Positions 39,206 through 49,834 of a stretch of DNA of 64,000 nucleotides are shown here, in pieces. Every line of letters begins with the position of its first letter. Position 1 is the first letter of the stretch. The DNA is from Promethearchaeia archaeon (GTDB lineage Archaea > Asgardarchaeota > Lokiarchaeia > Sigyniarchaeales > SOKP01). The DNA lies in contig JAWOCD010000021.1 in the NCBI GenBank assembly GCA_046483985.1, positions 1-64,000 of the forward strand, written 5' to 3'. The notes under the pieces are model-generated. The model was not told the DNA's origin. It was given only the letters and a program-made list of their open reading frames with translations, and searched no databases. Made by a program: the position numbers and the translations under genes.

Positions 39206-40308
39206 AATTTTCGGTAATAGGTGCCGGATCTGGAGGGCGAGCTTTTGCAGCTTATTTATCTTCTAAAGGACATCATGTCTCCTTATATAATCGTTCTTTT
39301 TCACGAATCAGACACATCCAACGAAAAGGAGGGGTTACGGCATCCGGAGAGATCAACGGGTTTTACCAGATTCCTGTTGTTACTCAAGATTTAAAACGTG
39401 CTTTAACCGATGCTAAAGTTATTTTTATTGTTATTCCAGCATCTGCCCATAAGTCTATTGCGAAAAAGATGGCGCCATTTCTCGAAGATGGGCAGATCAT
39501 TATTCTAAACCCAGGAAGGACGTTTGGTTCAATAGAAGTCAAGCAAATAATCCAACAAGGGACGGGTAAATCATCGGTATTAGTTGGGGAGACACAGACT
39601 CTTCTATTTACTTCACGCGCTCTAAAGAAGAATAAAGTCAAGATATTAAAAATTAAAAATTCCGTTGGTTTTTCAACTTTCCCAGATAAGTACGTTAATC
39701 AAGTTTATAATGTTCTTAAAGAGATTTTCCCCCAATGGGTACCTCATTCTGATTATTTCGAAGTTTCTATGAATAATATAGGTATGCTATTGCATCCCAC
39801 AATTTCTCTTTTAAATTCTGGTCTGATAGATCATGGAAAAGAATTCAATTTCTATAAAAAGGGGGCTACCCCCAGAATTTGCCGTATATTAGAAGAAATA
39901 GAATTAGAAATCAACAAAATTTTTGAAATGTTTGGGCTGGAGGGATACCGTTTTTGTATATGGGCGGAAAAGACTTACGGGGTGAATGCAATGAACATTT
40001 ACGAAGGGCTCCAAAAAATCAAAGCTTATGATACAATTACTGCTCCAAAGCAGCTGGTAACTCGTTATTTCACCGAAGACGTTTCGACTGGTTTGGTCCC
40101 ATTTTCCTCTTTGGGAAAATATTTAGGGATACGGACTCCCACTATTGATTCTATTATCCATTTATCCAGTTTAATTTGCGGAATTGATTTCAGAAAAGAG
40201 GGAAGAACGGTGGAGAAATTAAATATAGGCGATTTAGTTAATAGACGAATTGAACCCGATGTAATTATGACTTCAGAAACATTTGATATGGATATACCCT
40301 TCCTTTAA
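39202..40308 (+). CDS. NAD(P)-dependent opine (octopine/nopaline) dehydrogenase family
   Basis: VIGAGSGG, ILNPGRTFG, N.G.LLHP, FY..G and RYFTEDV..GLVP motifs. The GTG start overlaps the upstream TGA. Confidence 0.9.
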   Translation: MKFSVIGAGSGGRAFAAYLSSKGHHVSLYNRSFSRIRHIQRKGGVTASGEINGFYQIPVVTQDLKRALTDAKVIFIVIPASAHKSIAKKMAPFLEDGQIIILNPGRTFGSIEVKQIIQQGTGKSSVLVGETQTLLFTSRALKKNKVKILKIKNSVGFSTFPDKYVNQVYNVLKEIFPQWVPHSDYFEVSMNNIGMLLHPTISLLNSGLIDHGKEFNFYKKGATPRICRILEEIELEINKIFEMFGLEGYRFCIWAEKTYGVNAMNIYEGLQKIKAYDTITAPKQLVTRYFTEDVSTGLVPFSSLGKYLGIRTPTIDSIIHLSSLICGIDFRKEGRTVEKLNIGDLVNRRIEPDVIMTSETFDMDIPFL

Positions 40309-40358
40309 AGTGATTATCATTAGGATTATTAGTGGAATTGGAAGTTGATTTAAAATAT

Positions 40359-41894
40359 ATGACTGGAATCTTTATGTATAAAGATTTTAATGGGGGAAAC
40401 GTTCCTGAGAGCATAAAGTCTATGGAAAAAAAGATCTCCCATCGCGGTAAGTTTCTAAAGAAAAAAATTGTGAGTCCACACGGATACCTCACGGTCTATT
40501 TTAATAAACCCCAAATCACCAATCAATTGATTGAATTCTGGGATAAGGAGAGGGATATATTGGTAAAAGTTATTATTGACGGACAAATTTTTAATGCGCA
40601 CTCTCTTGCGAATCTTCTTAAAAAGCATACCCTCCACCCTAATCGAAACATCGGAAAACTGATTTATGAGGGGTATAACAAAAAAGGGTATTCCATCTTT
40701 AAAAAATTGAGTGGCTATTATTCCATCTTAATTGTTAAGGAAGAGAAAGTAATAATTGCTAAAGATCCCATTGGACATAACCCTTTGTATTATTCAAACA
40801 ATAATGGTTGCCTTATTATCGCTTCGGAATTAAAAGCGTTTATCAATGATGAAAATCAGCCAAGATATCTTCAGCCCGGTGTTGTACATATTTTTGATGG
40901 CGAGGATTCCAGCATTAAAAAATTCCATAGTTTTGAACAGTCTCTCAATAAATGCCTCTATGAAAGGGACAAACTTTCGAACATAAGAAAAAGTCTCTTT
41001 AACCGGTTAGAAAGAGCAGTTCAGAGGGCAATTAATACCCCTGGCAAGGTGGGTTCACTTTTAAGCGGTGGAATCGATTCATCCGTTATCTGCGCTTTGC
41101 TAACCAAACATTTACGCGAGGTTAATGTTTTCACGGTCGCAGCTCAAGGCTCCAAGGATTTACAGTTTGCAAAATTATTTGCTGAAGAGTATAACGATCA
41201 GCTGAATCATAAGTTTTTTATTATGGAAAAAGAGGAAATGATTGAGATCATTCCCGATGTAATTTATCATTTGGAATCATTTGATGCAGCATTAATCCGT
41301 AGCGCCATACCCATGTATTATATTTCTTCTAAATTAGAGGGAAAGGTTGATGTATTATTGACGGGTGAAGGCGGAGATGAATTATTTGGAGGGTATCACT
41401 ATTTAAAAGAATTAAGTGAGAAGGAACTCCAAGCAGAATTAAAACAGTTGCTTGATATTGAGCACGCTTTAGGTCTCCAACGGGTCGACAGGATTCCATA
41501 TGCTTTTGGAATCGAAGCAAGGGCACCGTGGTTTGATCTTCAACTTTCTAAGTTGGCTTTTCAAATACCTATGGGGATGAAACTTCGAAATCAAGAAGGA
41601 AAGATAATGGAAAAATGGATCATCCGACACACTTTCAAGGATATTCTACCGAGGGAAATTGCTTGGCGCGAGAAAGCAAAATTTTCTAAAGGTGTAGGGT
41701 CACAATTTATGATGAGAGACCATTTCGATGATCTTATCTCAAATGAGGAATTTGAAAGAGAGAAGGAAATATATAAGAATATAAAAGTAAGATCCAAAGA
41801 GGAGCTTTATTATTGGAGAGTTTTCCGTGAAATCTTTAATCCGACGAGAGAATTCATTAAAAATCTACCTCGAACTGAAAATTTTTCTCTTTAA
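40359..41894 (+). CDS. AsnB-like ATP-dependent amide ligase lacking the N-terminal Cys (MTGI)
   Basis: KDPIG..PLYY, ASELKA, LLSGGIDSS, LTGEGGDELFGGY, LQRVDR, EKW and WREK motifs. The likely start is the ATG at 40359 (MTGI versus canonical MCGI). Confidence 0.85.
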   Translation: MTGIFMYKDFNGGNVPESIKSMEKKISHRGKFLKKKIVSPHGYLTVYFNKPQITNQLIEFWDKERDILVKVIIDGQIFNAHSLANLLKKHTLHPNRNIGKLIYEGYNKKGYSIFKKLSGYYSILIVKEEKVIIAKDPIGHNPLYYSNNNGCLIIASELKAFINDENQPRYLQPGVVHIFDGEDSSIKKFHSFEQSLNKCLYERDKLSNIRKSLFNRLERAVQRAINTPGKVGSLLSGGIDSSVICALLTKHLREVNVFTVAAQGSKDLQFAKLFAEEYNDQLNHKFFIMEKEEMIEIIPDVIYHLESFDAALIRSAIPMYYISSKLEGKVDVLLTGEGGDELFGGYHYLKELSEKELQAELKQLLDIEHALGLQRVDRIPYAFGIEARAPWFDLQLSKLAFQIPMGMKLRNQEGKIMEKWIIRHTFKDILPREIAWREKAKFSKGVGSQFMMRDHFDDLISNEEFEREKEIYKNIKVRSKEELYYWRVFREIFNPTREFIKNLPRTENFSL

Positions 41895-41924
41895 AAATAT
41901 GCATCTTCATTTAACCAAACCATT

Positions 41925-42764
41925 TTGATTATAATTCTTTCAAAAATGAATAAACCAATGCTTTCTAAAGATGAGAAGGATACTACCGATAATGTAGATC
42001 CAGAGGTAAATAAATTTTTTTTTAATACCCCCAAATTATGGGATGAATTAACTGCAAATCAAGATCGTTTTCAAAAGCAATCTAAAAAAATTTTAGATAT
42101 TGTTGGAAAAATTTTCCCAACCTATAGCATATCTTTATTAGATGTGGGATGTGGAACAGCAGGTCATTTTGATTTATATACAGATCGGGGGATAAAATGC
42201 ACCGGAGTAGACTTAAATCCGAATATGATTAAGTATGCAAGAAGAAAATATCCCGAGACTGAATTTTATATCCAAGACATGAAGGATTTGACTTTTCAAG
42301 AGGATTTCCAAGTCATAACTTGCTTAAATAGTACATTCTTGTATAATATTACGAATAAGGAGATTATTTCCACACTAAAATCATTTCAAAAAGCCTTGGT
42401 CTCAGAAGGTATTCTTATAATCGATGTATCCGAACCGGTGACCTATCTACTTCATTGTGGCCGGAAAAATTTCAAAAAAGGATATACATATGAGATTTCT
42501 ACCAACAAAATTAGCATTTCAGTCCAAATTTCACTCGAATTTTTACCCAAAAAGCAAATTTATAAAGGCACCAGAACATTTAAGAGAAAAAATGATGAGG
42601 AAATCCTAACAAAAGAACCGATAAAATACAGAATTTTAGGAGTTCGAGAATTAAAGTTTTTCTTAGAGCAATGTGGGTTTAATATTCTTAATGTTGAGTT
42701 GCCTAAAGATAAAAGGGATTTAATTCCACGAAGAATTTCTCTCGTGGCTCAAATACAAGAATGA
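41925..42764 (+). CDS. Class I SAM-dependent methyltransferase
   Basis: LLDVGCGTAG, GVDLN..MI..AR, QDM and GILIID motifs. Confidence 0.9.
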   Translation: MIIILSKMNKPMLSKDEKDTTDNVDPEVNKFFFNTPKLWDELTANQDRFQKQSKKILDIVGKIFPTYSISLLDVGCGTAGHFDLYTDRGIKCTGVDLNPNMIKYARRKYPETEFYIQDMKDLTFQEDFQVITCLNSTFLYNITNKEIISTLKSFQKALVSEGILIIDVSEPVTYLLHCGRKNFKKGYTYEISTNKISISVQISLEFLPKKQIYKGTRTFKRKNDEEILTKEPIKYRILGVRELKFFLEQCGFNILNVELPKDKRDLIPRRISLVAQIQE

Positions 42765-42954
42765 TTAGTTAAGATATTGGATCCCTTTTACCTTTATTTC
42801 TTCTGTTGGGGGATTTCATGCCATTCACGATGAGAAACCTCTTGTATTTTAGGGGATATTTCCTGTTCATGAATTAAGTATTTTTGTAAAATGACAAGAT
42901 CATTTATATTAGGATTTTAGTTAATACTAGTTAAAACAAAATTTTTGATTCGTT

Positions 42955-43653
42955 ATGAAAAAAAATACTATATCATTGAAAGGGGTTTCAAAACATTATC
43001 AAATGGGTGAAACCACGGTAAAAGCTTTGGATGATATTGACTTAGAAATAACTGCTGGAGAATTAATTGCAATTCTTGGCCCTTCTGGGGCGGGAAAGAC
43101 AACTTTGCTCAATTTACTGGGAGGGATTACAACCCCTACCAGTGGAACAATTAATATTTTTGGAAAACAAATACAAGGGTATTCTACGGCTGAATTAGCG
43201 GGATATAGGAAAAAGAATGTAAGTTTCATATTTCAATTTTTTAATCTCTTACCCACCTTGAATGCCATGGAAAATGTAGAAGTTGCCATTGAGATGTTAG
43301 GGTCTAAAGGAAAAGTGAAAAAAATCGCAAAAAGTTATCTTGAAGATGTCGACTTAGCGGATCGAATTAATCATTTTCCGTCCCAATTAAGCGGAGGGGA
43401 ACAACAAAGAGTGGCGGTAGCTCGCGCACTTGCTAAACAACCATTCACCGATTGTAATTTTATGGTATTGTGCGATGAACCCACGGGAAATTTGGACGAG
43501 AAAACAGGTGACAAGATCCTTAAATTAATTAAAAATCTAAGCGAAGAGCATAACGCTACCTTTATAATTGTGACTCATAATGAACTCATAGTTGAGAAGT
43601 TAGATGCCAATGAAATTCACATCCACGATGGGAAAATAACCGAAAATAACTAA
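42955..43653 (+). CDS. LolD/MacB-type ABC ATPase
   Basis: [29 protein letters not shown] and DEPTGNLD. Confidence 0.93.
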   Translation: MKKNTISLKGVSKHYQMGETTVKALDDIDLEITAGELIAILGPSGAGKTTLLNLLGGITTPTSGTINIFGKQIQGYSTAELAGYRKKNVSFIFQFFNLLPTLNAMENVEVAIEMLGSKGKVKKIAKSYLEDVDLADRINHFPSQLSGGEQQRVAVARALAKQPFTDCNFMVLCDEPTGNLDEKTGDKILKLIKNLSEEHNATFIIVTHNELIVEKLDANEIHIHDGKITENN

Positions 43654-43669
43654 CGGGGTAAATAATTGA

Positions 43670-46114
43670 ATGAAAAAACTTTATTTAAAACCGATACGAG
43701 ACTTAAAACATATGGGCAAGCGGGGGATTGTAGTAATCCTTATCTTGGGACTTTGCATTGGATTTGTGCTCTCAATGTTTTTTATGTCCACGGATATATT
43801 ACCCGTTTTTCGGGGGTTCTATGAAGAGGCAAATGCCGCCGATTATACATACGAAACTTCTGGATTTAATTCAAGCTTTATTGAGGATGAAATTGCGCAA
43901 ATAGATGGTGTAGAGGACATCCAAGCAAGATTGATTGTTCAATACCCTTTAGAAATAGAAGGCCGAGATGAAATTTTACAGCTTCGATTAGTGGGTGTTG
44001 ATATAACTGAAGATTTTGATAATACAAAAAATTTGGATATTTATTCCTACGAAATGGAGGATGGTAGGAATTTGGAACCGGATGATGATGAGTTATCGAT
44101 TATCTTGTCCAAACGATTTGTCGAGAACAATGAGGAAATAGAGGTAAGAGATAATTTAACCGTGGGAGCGTTAGGAGATGAAGAATTTAACATTAAAGGC
44201 TCCTTTTTTTCTATGGAATTCGTTATGGTCAACACATTACCAGAAGTCTTATTTCCGGTTCATGGAACCATGGGAGTTGCCCTTCTAAATAGAACTGTAC
44301 TGCAAGATCTCATAAGTGAACATCGACCTGATCAATTCGAACCGTATCATCGTTGTGATTATAATGAATTACAAGTAACTTTTCAAGAAGGTGTAGATGC
44401 TGAAAGTGTTAATGATGAGATTGAAGATGTATTTAAAGATTCTGGGGTCATAAGAAAATCAAGTACTCCATTTGAAGAAAGTTATACGTGGAAGATGATG
44501 GAGGCAGATCTAGAAGGCTCTGCAGAGTTTATGAGCGTATTTATGGTGCTCGCATTAATTATGGCTTTTACTTCTTCCCTTTCTATCTTTATGCGATTTG
44601 CGATAAATCAAAAACAACAAATGGGAACGCTTTCTTCTCTGGGCTATACAAAAAAAGATATCTATAAATCCTTTTTGGTCTTGGTTCTTCTAATTAGCGT
44701 GATTGCGTCCATAATAGGTGCCTTATTCGGTTATCTAATGATGTTTGGAATGTTTATGGAATTTTCGTCTGAAATTTTAGGTATTACGTTTTTTTATCCG
44801 TTTGAATTTAAATTTCTCTGGGGGTCTTTTGTCTTATGCATAGTATTAGCGTTAATTTCAATTCTTCCGGCAGTTCGGAAATTATTGAAAAGAGATATGG
44901 CAGATCTATTGTATAAAAAAGAAAAGCTCTATTCAAGAGTGTCCCACATGAAACAAACATCTAATATAAAGGCATCCACAAAGATCGTGTTGCGAAATCT
45001 CTTTAGACATCCTAAAAAGTCACTTCTTAATTTGATTGGAATCGGTTTTTCGCTTTTAATCGTTGCAGCATCTTTAGTAATGGCTACCTCTGTAGATTAT
45101 ACGGTAAATGATAAAATCTATGAAACAGAATCATGGGATGCATCTATAGATTTATCATCTGCCGAGTTTAAGACAAATATCATTAATGAAATTGAAGATG
45201 TTGATGATATTGAGAAAGTCGATTACGCACTTAAATCGCCGGTTATCATGGAAAATCCCGAAAAGGATGATATTGATGAATTAAATACTCATATTTTGGG
45301 ATTATACGAAAACTTTTCCATGCATGAGTATAACTTAGTTGAGTTTAAAGGAAAAGAGAGCAGATTATTCGAAAACAGTGATGAGGTAGTGGTCTGTCTT
45401 ACCATTATGAACAGAATGGAACTCGAAATAGGGCAAGAGGTAAATTTTACAACACCGATGGGACAAGAAAAAGAATTCGAAATTGTAGGAGTTTCGGACG
45501 AAATTATGGCAATCTCTTATGTAGATTTAGATGGTTTTGGGAAATTTATGAATATGACGAATAAGATCAACAACATCTACGTTCAGTTTAAATCTGAATT
45601 ATCAAGAGAGGAGCGAAAGACTGCAATAGGAGATATTTATGACGTAGATGAGAACGTGATGCTTGTCCAAGACCTGGGGGATATTGTAGACGATATCGGT
45701 TATTATGCTGATACGCTGATCCCATTCATAGGAATTCTTATTGGATTTGCCTCAATCGTTGCATTCTTTATTTTATATAATGCAACTCTCATGTCAATAG
45801 GAGATCATGAGTCTGAATATGGCATATTACGGTCATTGGGTTATAAGAAACGAAAAATCTATAAGACAATTATATCTGAAAATCTTTTACCTCTCTTGAT
45901 CTCGATTGTCATCTCGGTGGTGTTGACCCCATTCGTAGGAACATGGCTACTATCGTTGTATGAAGAGTATTTTGCTATGTCTCTTTTCATCCCTCCATGG
46001 GTATATATTGCGACAATAATAATACCAATCTTGGTGATTCTATGGGCAGGTCGATCTGGTATGAAATACATTTATAGTAGAAACCTCTATAAACAGGTCC
46101 AAACCAATATATAG
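43670..46114 (+). CDS. FtsX/MacB-like ABC permease (two repeats)
   Basis: Two units of TM + acidic extracytoplasmic domain + 3 TM. MGTLSSLGY and YGILRSLGY motifs. Confidence 0.88.
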   Translation: MKKLYLKPIRDLKHMGKRGIVVILILGLCIGFVLSMFFMSTDILPVFRGFYEEANAADYTYETSGFNSSFIEDEIAQIDGVEDIQARLIVQYPLEIEGRDEILQLRLVGVDITEDFDNTKNLDIYSYEMEDGRNLEPDDDELSIILSKRFVENNEEIEVRDNLTVGALGDEEFNIKGSFFSMEFVMVNTLPEVLFPVHGTMGVALLNRTVLQDLISEHRPDQFEPYHRCDYNELQVTFQEGVDAESVNDEIEDVFKDSGVIRKSSTPFEESYTWKMMEADLEGSAEFMSVFMVLALIMAFTSSLSIFMRFAINQKQQMGTLSSLGYTKKDIYKSFLVLVLLISVIASIIGALFGYLMMFGMFMEFSSEILGITFFYPFEFKFLWGSFVLCIVLALISILPAVRKLLKRDMADLLYKKEKLYSRVSHMKQTSNIKASTKIVLRNLFRHPKKSLLNLIGIGFSLLIVAASLVMATSVDYTVNDKIYETESWDASIDLSSAEFKTNIINEIEDVDDIEKVDYALKSPVIMENPEKDDIDELNTHILGLYENFSMHEYNLVEFKGKESRLFENSDEVVVCLTIMNRMELEIGQEVNFTTPMGQEKEFEIVGVSDEIMAISYVDLDGFGKFMNMTNKINNIYVQFKSELSREERKTAIGDIYDVDENVMLVQDLGDIVDDIGYYADTLIPFIGILIGFASIVAFFILYNATLMSIGDHESEYGILRSLGYKKRKIYKTIISENLLPLLISIVISVVLTPFVGTWLLSLYEEYFAMSLFIPPWVYIATIIIPILVILWAGRSGMKYIYSRNLYKQVQTNI

Positions 46115-46187
46115 GATAGTATAGGTTATCTATAAAAATCAAATCTTTTTTTCTTATAGCAGATGTAATTCCTATTTTGAATCTTAA

Positions 46188-47288
46188 TTATAATAAATAG
46201 TAACTTATGAACAAGAGCACTACAGCAGCCACCAAAGACCCCCAAGCAAATTTATTCCAATCGAAAATGCGTTTGCCATTAAACGGCACGAATGGAAAAA
46301 ATACTAAGATTACATCTAAGACAAGAAGAGTTCTCCCTATAAATCCGATAAGAAATAGCAAATCAGCAATTAATAACGGTAAGCTAAACATATTCAGTAT
46401 TATGAAACTTAACCACGTTAGAATTAGCACCGATAGAGAACTAAAAAATGCACTTCGGCCGAGTTGTGGGATGAATTCTGAATACCGCCATCTTTTAACA
46501 TCAGGATAAAAAGACCCAGGCAGGATAAAGGGGAGAGAGAAGGCAGCTACACCAAAACTTAGAAAGTAACCTGAATCCCAAGGTCGATATCGCATTGGGA
46601 CGTTGCTCCCTCTGACTTCCAACCACATAATAAATAATCGAAGACCAACAATACTTAATAAAGCCAGAGGTGCTAGGAGGATAAGTTGCCAAGGAAGTAA
46701 CCTAAATCCAAATCTAGACCATATTGCAAGGAGGACAATGAGGGAATTCAGAAAAAACGTACGAGCTAATTGGGTAATTTGTTTTTCGTGTCTTTGTGGT
46801 GCAGGCCGTATCCAAACAAAATGACCGATATCCATGTAATGAAATATATTAAACCATATTTTGATCATTTGGAAAAAACTATAACGTCTGAGTTGTTCTC
46901 CCATCGATATGATCTCAAAACCACGGGTAGCGAATATCTTACTTGATGAGGTATTTAATCCTTCAACACATGCGAAGATAACATCGCACCCTTCATTTTC
47001 AAGGTACTGGAGCGCACCTTCTACCAGTTGTTGTCCTACTCCTAATCCTTGCACCTTTGGAGACGTAAATAACCAAGAGATCAACCCCCCTTTTTGATCA
47101 TCAGAGATGTTAAACATTTTTGGCAAGACACCGCCAACCAGTTCTCCCCTCAGTTCGGCAACAAAAATATCGGATGTAAAATAAAAGAAAATCCACTCAA
47201 AAAATCTGAAAGCGTCTCGAACCAGTTTTCGTACCTCTTTCTTTTCATCATCTTGCATAGGTCGAATGGTGATCTCCATAATCATCAA
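46188..47288 (-). CDS. GNAT acetyltransferase fused to a membrane domain resembling an inactive M50 (site-2) protease
   Basis: GNAT motif QGLGVGQQL..A and N.SS..IF...GF. The C-terminal TM region with RPW..G....F..PG and P...PFNGKRIFDWNK is M50-like but has no HExxH. Confidence 0.65.
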   Translation of the reverse strand: MMIMEITIRPMQDDEKKEVRKLVRDAFRFFEWIFFYFTSDIFVAELRGELVGGVLPKMFNISDDQKGGLISWLFTSPKVQGLGVGQQLVEGALQYLENEGCDVIFACVEGLNTSSSKIFATRGFEIISMGEQLRRYSFFQMIKIWFNIFHYMDIGHFVWIRPAPQRHEKQITQLARTFFLNSLIVLLAIWSRFGFRLLPWQLILLAPLALLSIVGLRLFIMWLEVRGSNVPMRYRPWDSGYFLSFGVAAFSLPFILPGSFYPDVKRWRYSEFIPQLGRSAFFSSLSVLILTWLSFIILNMFSLPLLIADLLFLIGFIGRTLLVLDVILVFFPFVPFNGKRIFDWNKFAWGSLVAAVVLLFISYYLL

Positions 47289-47504
47289 ACCTAATAGAAT
47301 AATTTTAATAATCTTAAAAATTTTGGTAAACCTTCATCACATCTGATCAACAAACAGATATCATCTATCTCTTTTCAAATAGGGAGGTTGAGGCTTTTAA
47401 TTATTTTATTGATCGGCTTAACACGCAAATCTGCGGGAACAGAAAATATTTTATCAAGAAATTTATTTTCATATTAGGTATTCTTCAATTTATGTGCATA
47501 CTTT

Positions 47505-49055
47505 TCAACTTACTCTAACTGCATCCATTTTTTTAATCTTTTCAACACTTTTATTGATCCTTCTTAATTCTTTTTCATTTTCTTCCACTGCTGCTTTCAG
47601 TAAATGTTTCTTTAACCCTCTTATTTTCTCTATTGTCCTTTTATCTCCTTTTTGAGTTAGTTCAGAAATCTTGTCTAGAGTCTTATAAAGGGAATTAATG
47701 ATATCAAAATCAAAAACTTCCAGGTTTTCTTTGAAGTTCTTATATCTTTTATTAATTTTATTAATCCAAATTTCGCCTTGACTTTGAAATTCGGGCAAAA
47801 AAGCTTTCTTACAAGTTGAGATTATTTCCTTTAGTTTTTTCCCGTATCTTCGAAGTAAGTATTCAAAATGCTTCTCTATCTTCTTAGATATTTTTTTTAC
47901 ATCTATATTTGAATTAAAAAAGCACGTAACTGTAAATTCTTCGTAACTGAATACTTGCATACGTAACCGATTTCCTTCTAAACTTAAACCTGTTATATTC
48001 TCAATATTAATTTCTTTAGAAAATGTTTCTAACGCACTTACAAACATGGGAATCAATTGGATATCAAACTTTCCATTCTTCTTGCTTCCTGTTTCTTTTA
48101 AGGTATTTTCAAGTAAATTATTCTCAGATTCCAGAATATATATTGTTTTTCCGTCTTTATCAGCAATCAATGCCCCAGCAAAAGGAGGGATCTCTTCTTT
48201 TTGGGGTAATATTGAAGAAAGAATATTTGAATCTAATGTTTTGAAGTCTTTTAATGAAACAGTTTTGAGAACCCTTTGGATATGTTTTTGCCCTTTTTCT
48301 GTTAAGGTATAGGTTGATCCATTATCCGTCTTCTTAGATTTTATGTGATTTTTCCGTAAAAGAAGATTCGTAATTTTATTACATCGCTTGAGCGAAATAT
48401 TTGCTCTCTCGCATAATTCTTTTTCATTGATCTCCTTTTTTAGAGAAATAATCTTAACTATAGTTAAAACATTCTTTAAAAACAGAAAATCCATTTGATC
48501 TTGATCTGTTTCTAAATTCCTTCTCTTCAGTAATTCTTTTAAAATCTCAATAAATGTTCTAAATGTGGAGAGAAAATAGTCTTTTTTAATACTTGTGAAA
48601 TGAATTTCTATACTATGGGAGGTCTTTAGGTTCTTTTCCATAAAATTTTTTATCTCGGCAAATTCCTTTGCATTAACCAAATCAATTTTATGAACCAATA
48701 TATGAATCATTACATTAGGAACAAATTCATTTCTGAGCTTTAACAATTTGCGGGAAAAATCCATTATTTCATTCTTAGGAGTAGTGACATCGATAACGGC
48801 TATAATTTCGGAAGCATTATAAAAAATGGAACGATCTTCAGACCTAAACCACCGCTTATTTTCTTTTCCAGATAAATCAAAGACCCCTATCTTTTTTTGC
48901 CAATCTATCTCTTGAATATCGCACCCGTAGGTAGGGTTGGGAGGTAAATAGTCTAATAATTTTTTTGTGCTTTCTCCATTCAAAATTGCTTTAATTAATG
49001 TGGTCTTACCCGCATTTGGTTTTCCAGTAAATAAAATTTTCTCGGTTTTTCTCAT
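47505..49055 (-). CDS. Rag-like GTPase - winged helix - longin/roadblock-like fusion, close paralog of 19340-20872 with G3 Gln->Lys
   Basis: GKPNAGKT, PTYG, DLSGK, HKID and TSI. Shares long identical stretches with 19340 (e.g. GNRLRMQVFSY, LKKHLLKAAVEEN). Confidence 0.88.
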   Translation of the reverse strand: MRKTEKILFTGKPNAGKTTLIKAILNGESTKKLLDYLPPNPTYGCDIQEIDWQKKIGVFDLSGKENKRWFRSEDRSIFYNASEIIAVIDVTTPKNEIMDFSRKLLKLRNEFVPNVMIHILVHKIDLVNAKEFAEIKNFMEKNLKTSHSIEIHFTSIKKDYFLSTFRTFIEILKELLKRRNLETDQDQMDFLFLKNVLTIVKIISLKKEINEKELCERANISLKRCNKITNLLLRKNHIKSKKTDNGSTYTLTEKGQKHIQRVLKTVSLKDFKTLDSNILSSILPQKEEIPPFAGALIADKDGKTIYILESENNLLENTLKETGSKKNGKFDIQLIPMFVSALETFSKEINIENITGLSLEGNRLRMQVFSYEEFTVTCFFNSNIDVKKISKKIEKHFEYLLRRYGKKLKEIISTCKKAFLPEFQSQGEIWINKINKRYKNFKENLEVFDFDIINSLYKTLDKISELTQKGDKRTIEKIRGLKKHLLKAAVEENEKELRRINKSVEKIKKMDAVRVS

Positions 49056-49242
49056 ATCTTTAAAACGTTATTTTTACATGATCCTTGCTTAATCTTTTTA
49101 GCATTTATAATTCCTTATTATCGTGTTTTTCATACCAATAACACAATCGTTTGGCTCTCCTTTCGATATTATTATAAATTTAGATACTTATCCCTTATAA
49201 ATGTGTGTCTAATTTTTTATCAACAGTCTTTTTAAGATTTAC

Positions 49243-49312
49243 CGTTAGAGTGCGAGAAAGCACCTTTAGGGCGGTGATGAATCGCACATATATTTATAAC
49301 GGAGCGCTACTA
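49243..49312 (+). mobile_element. Left-end fragment of the IS200/IS605-derived mini element
   Basis: TTTAC|CGTTAGAGTGCGAGAAAG...TTTAGGGCGGTGATGAATCGCA..TATATTTATAA.GGAGCGCTACTA is nearly identical to 14567-14640. Confidence 0.8.
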
Positions 49313-49458
49313 TGGGACTTTTTTATTTTTCTTTCAGCTTCTTAATCTCTTTTTCTAATTTTTTTGCCCTTTTTTCAGCCTCCATAGTCCTATCTCGAGC
49401 TTTTTTGACTTAATTAATTTTCGAAAATTGGAGTCACTAATTGTCTGGATATTATCCT

Positions 49459-49833
49459 TTATATTGGTAGGGAATTTGTTTTAAACCACTTCTTAATATC
49501 TTCAAAGGTCTTTTTGCCTTTCGCGGTTTGAATGGTCACCTCGTACACATCGTCATTTGAAGTTTCGAAAAAATAACCGTTCTTATTTAGACAAATTACC
49601 GCTATGATAAATCCGATTCTTTTATTCCCATCCGCAAAAAAATGTTCGCTTACTATATCTCTATATAGGATAGCCACTCGATCCCAAATAGTGGGCTGTG
49701 GATGGAACGGAATCCCCCATTCGCCCTTATCTATAGTCGCCTTTAATCCTTCTTGATTCATCAAAATCGGCTTTTTATCTAAGCACTCCTGGAATACTTC
49801 AAGTATATACGCTACTGAGGGGAGCCATACCAT
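49459..49833 (-). CDS. Doc/Fic family toxin
   Basis: Doc motif HFFADGNKRIG. Confidence 0.88.
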   Translation of the reverse strand: MVWLPSVAYILEVFQECLDKKPILMNQEGLKATIDKGEWGIPFHPQPTIWDRVAILYRDIVSEHFFADGNKRIGFIIAVICLNKNGYFFETSNDDVYEVTIQTAKGKKTFEDIKKWFKTNSLPI

Positions 49834-49834
49834 A

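Noticed and set aside
49320-49410. Minus-strand coiled-coil fragment (..EAEKRAKKLEKEIKKLKEK*)
   Set aside because: Likely the tail of a lost gene and too short to assign.
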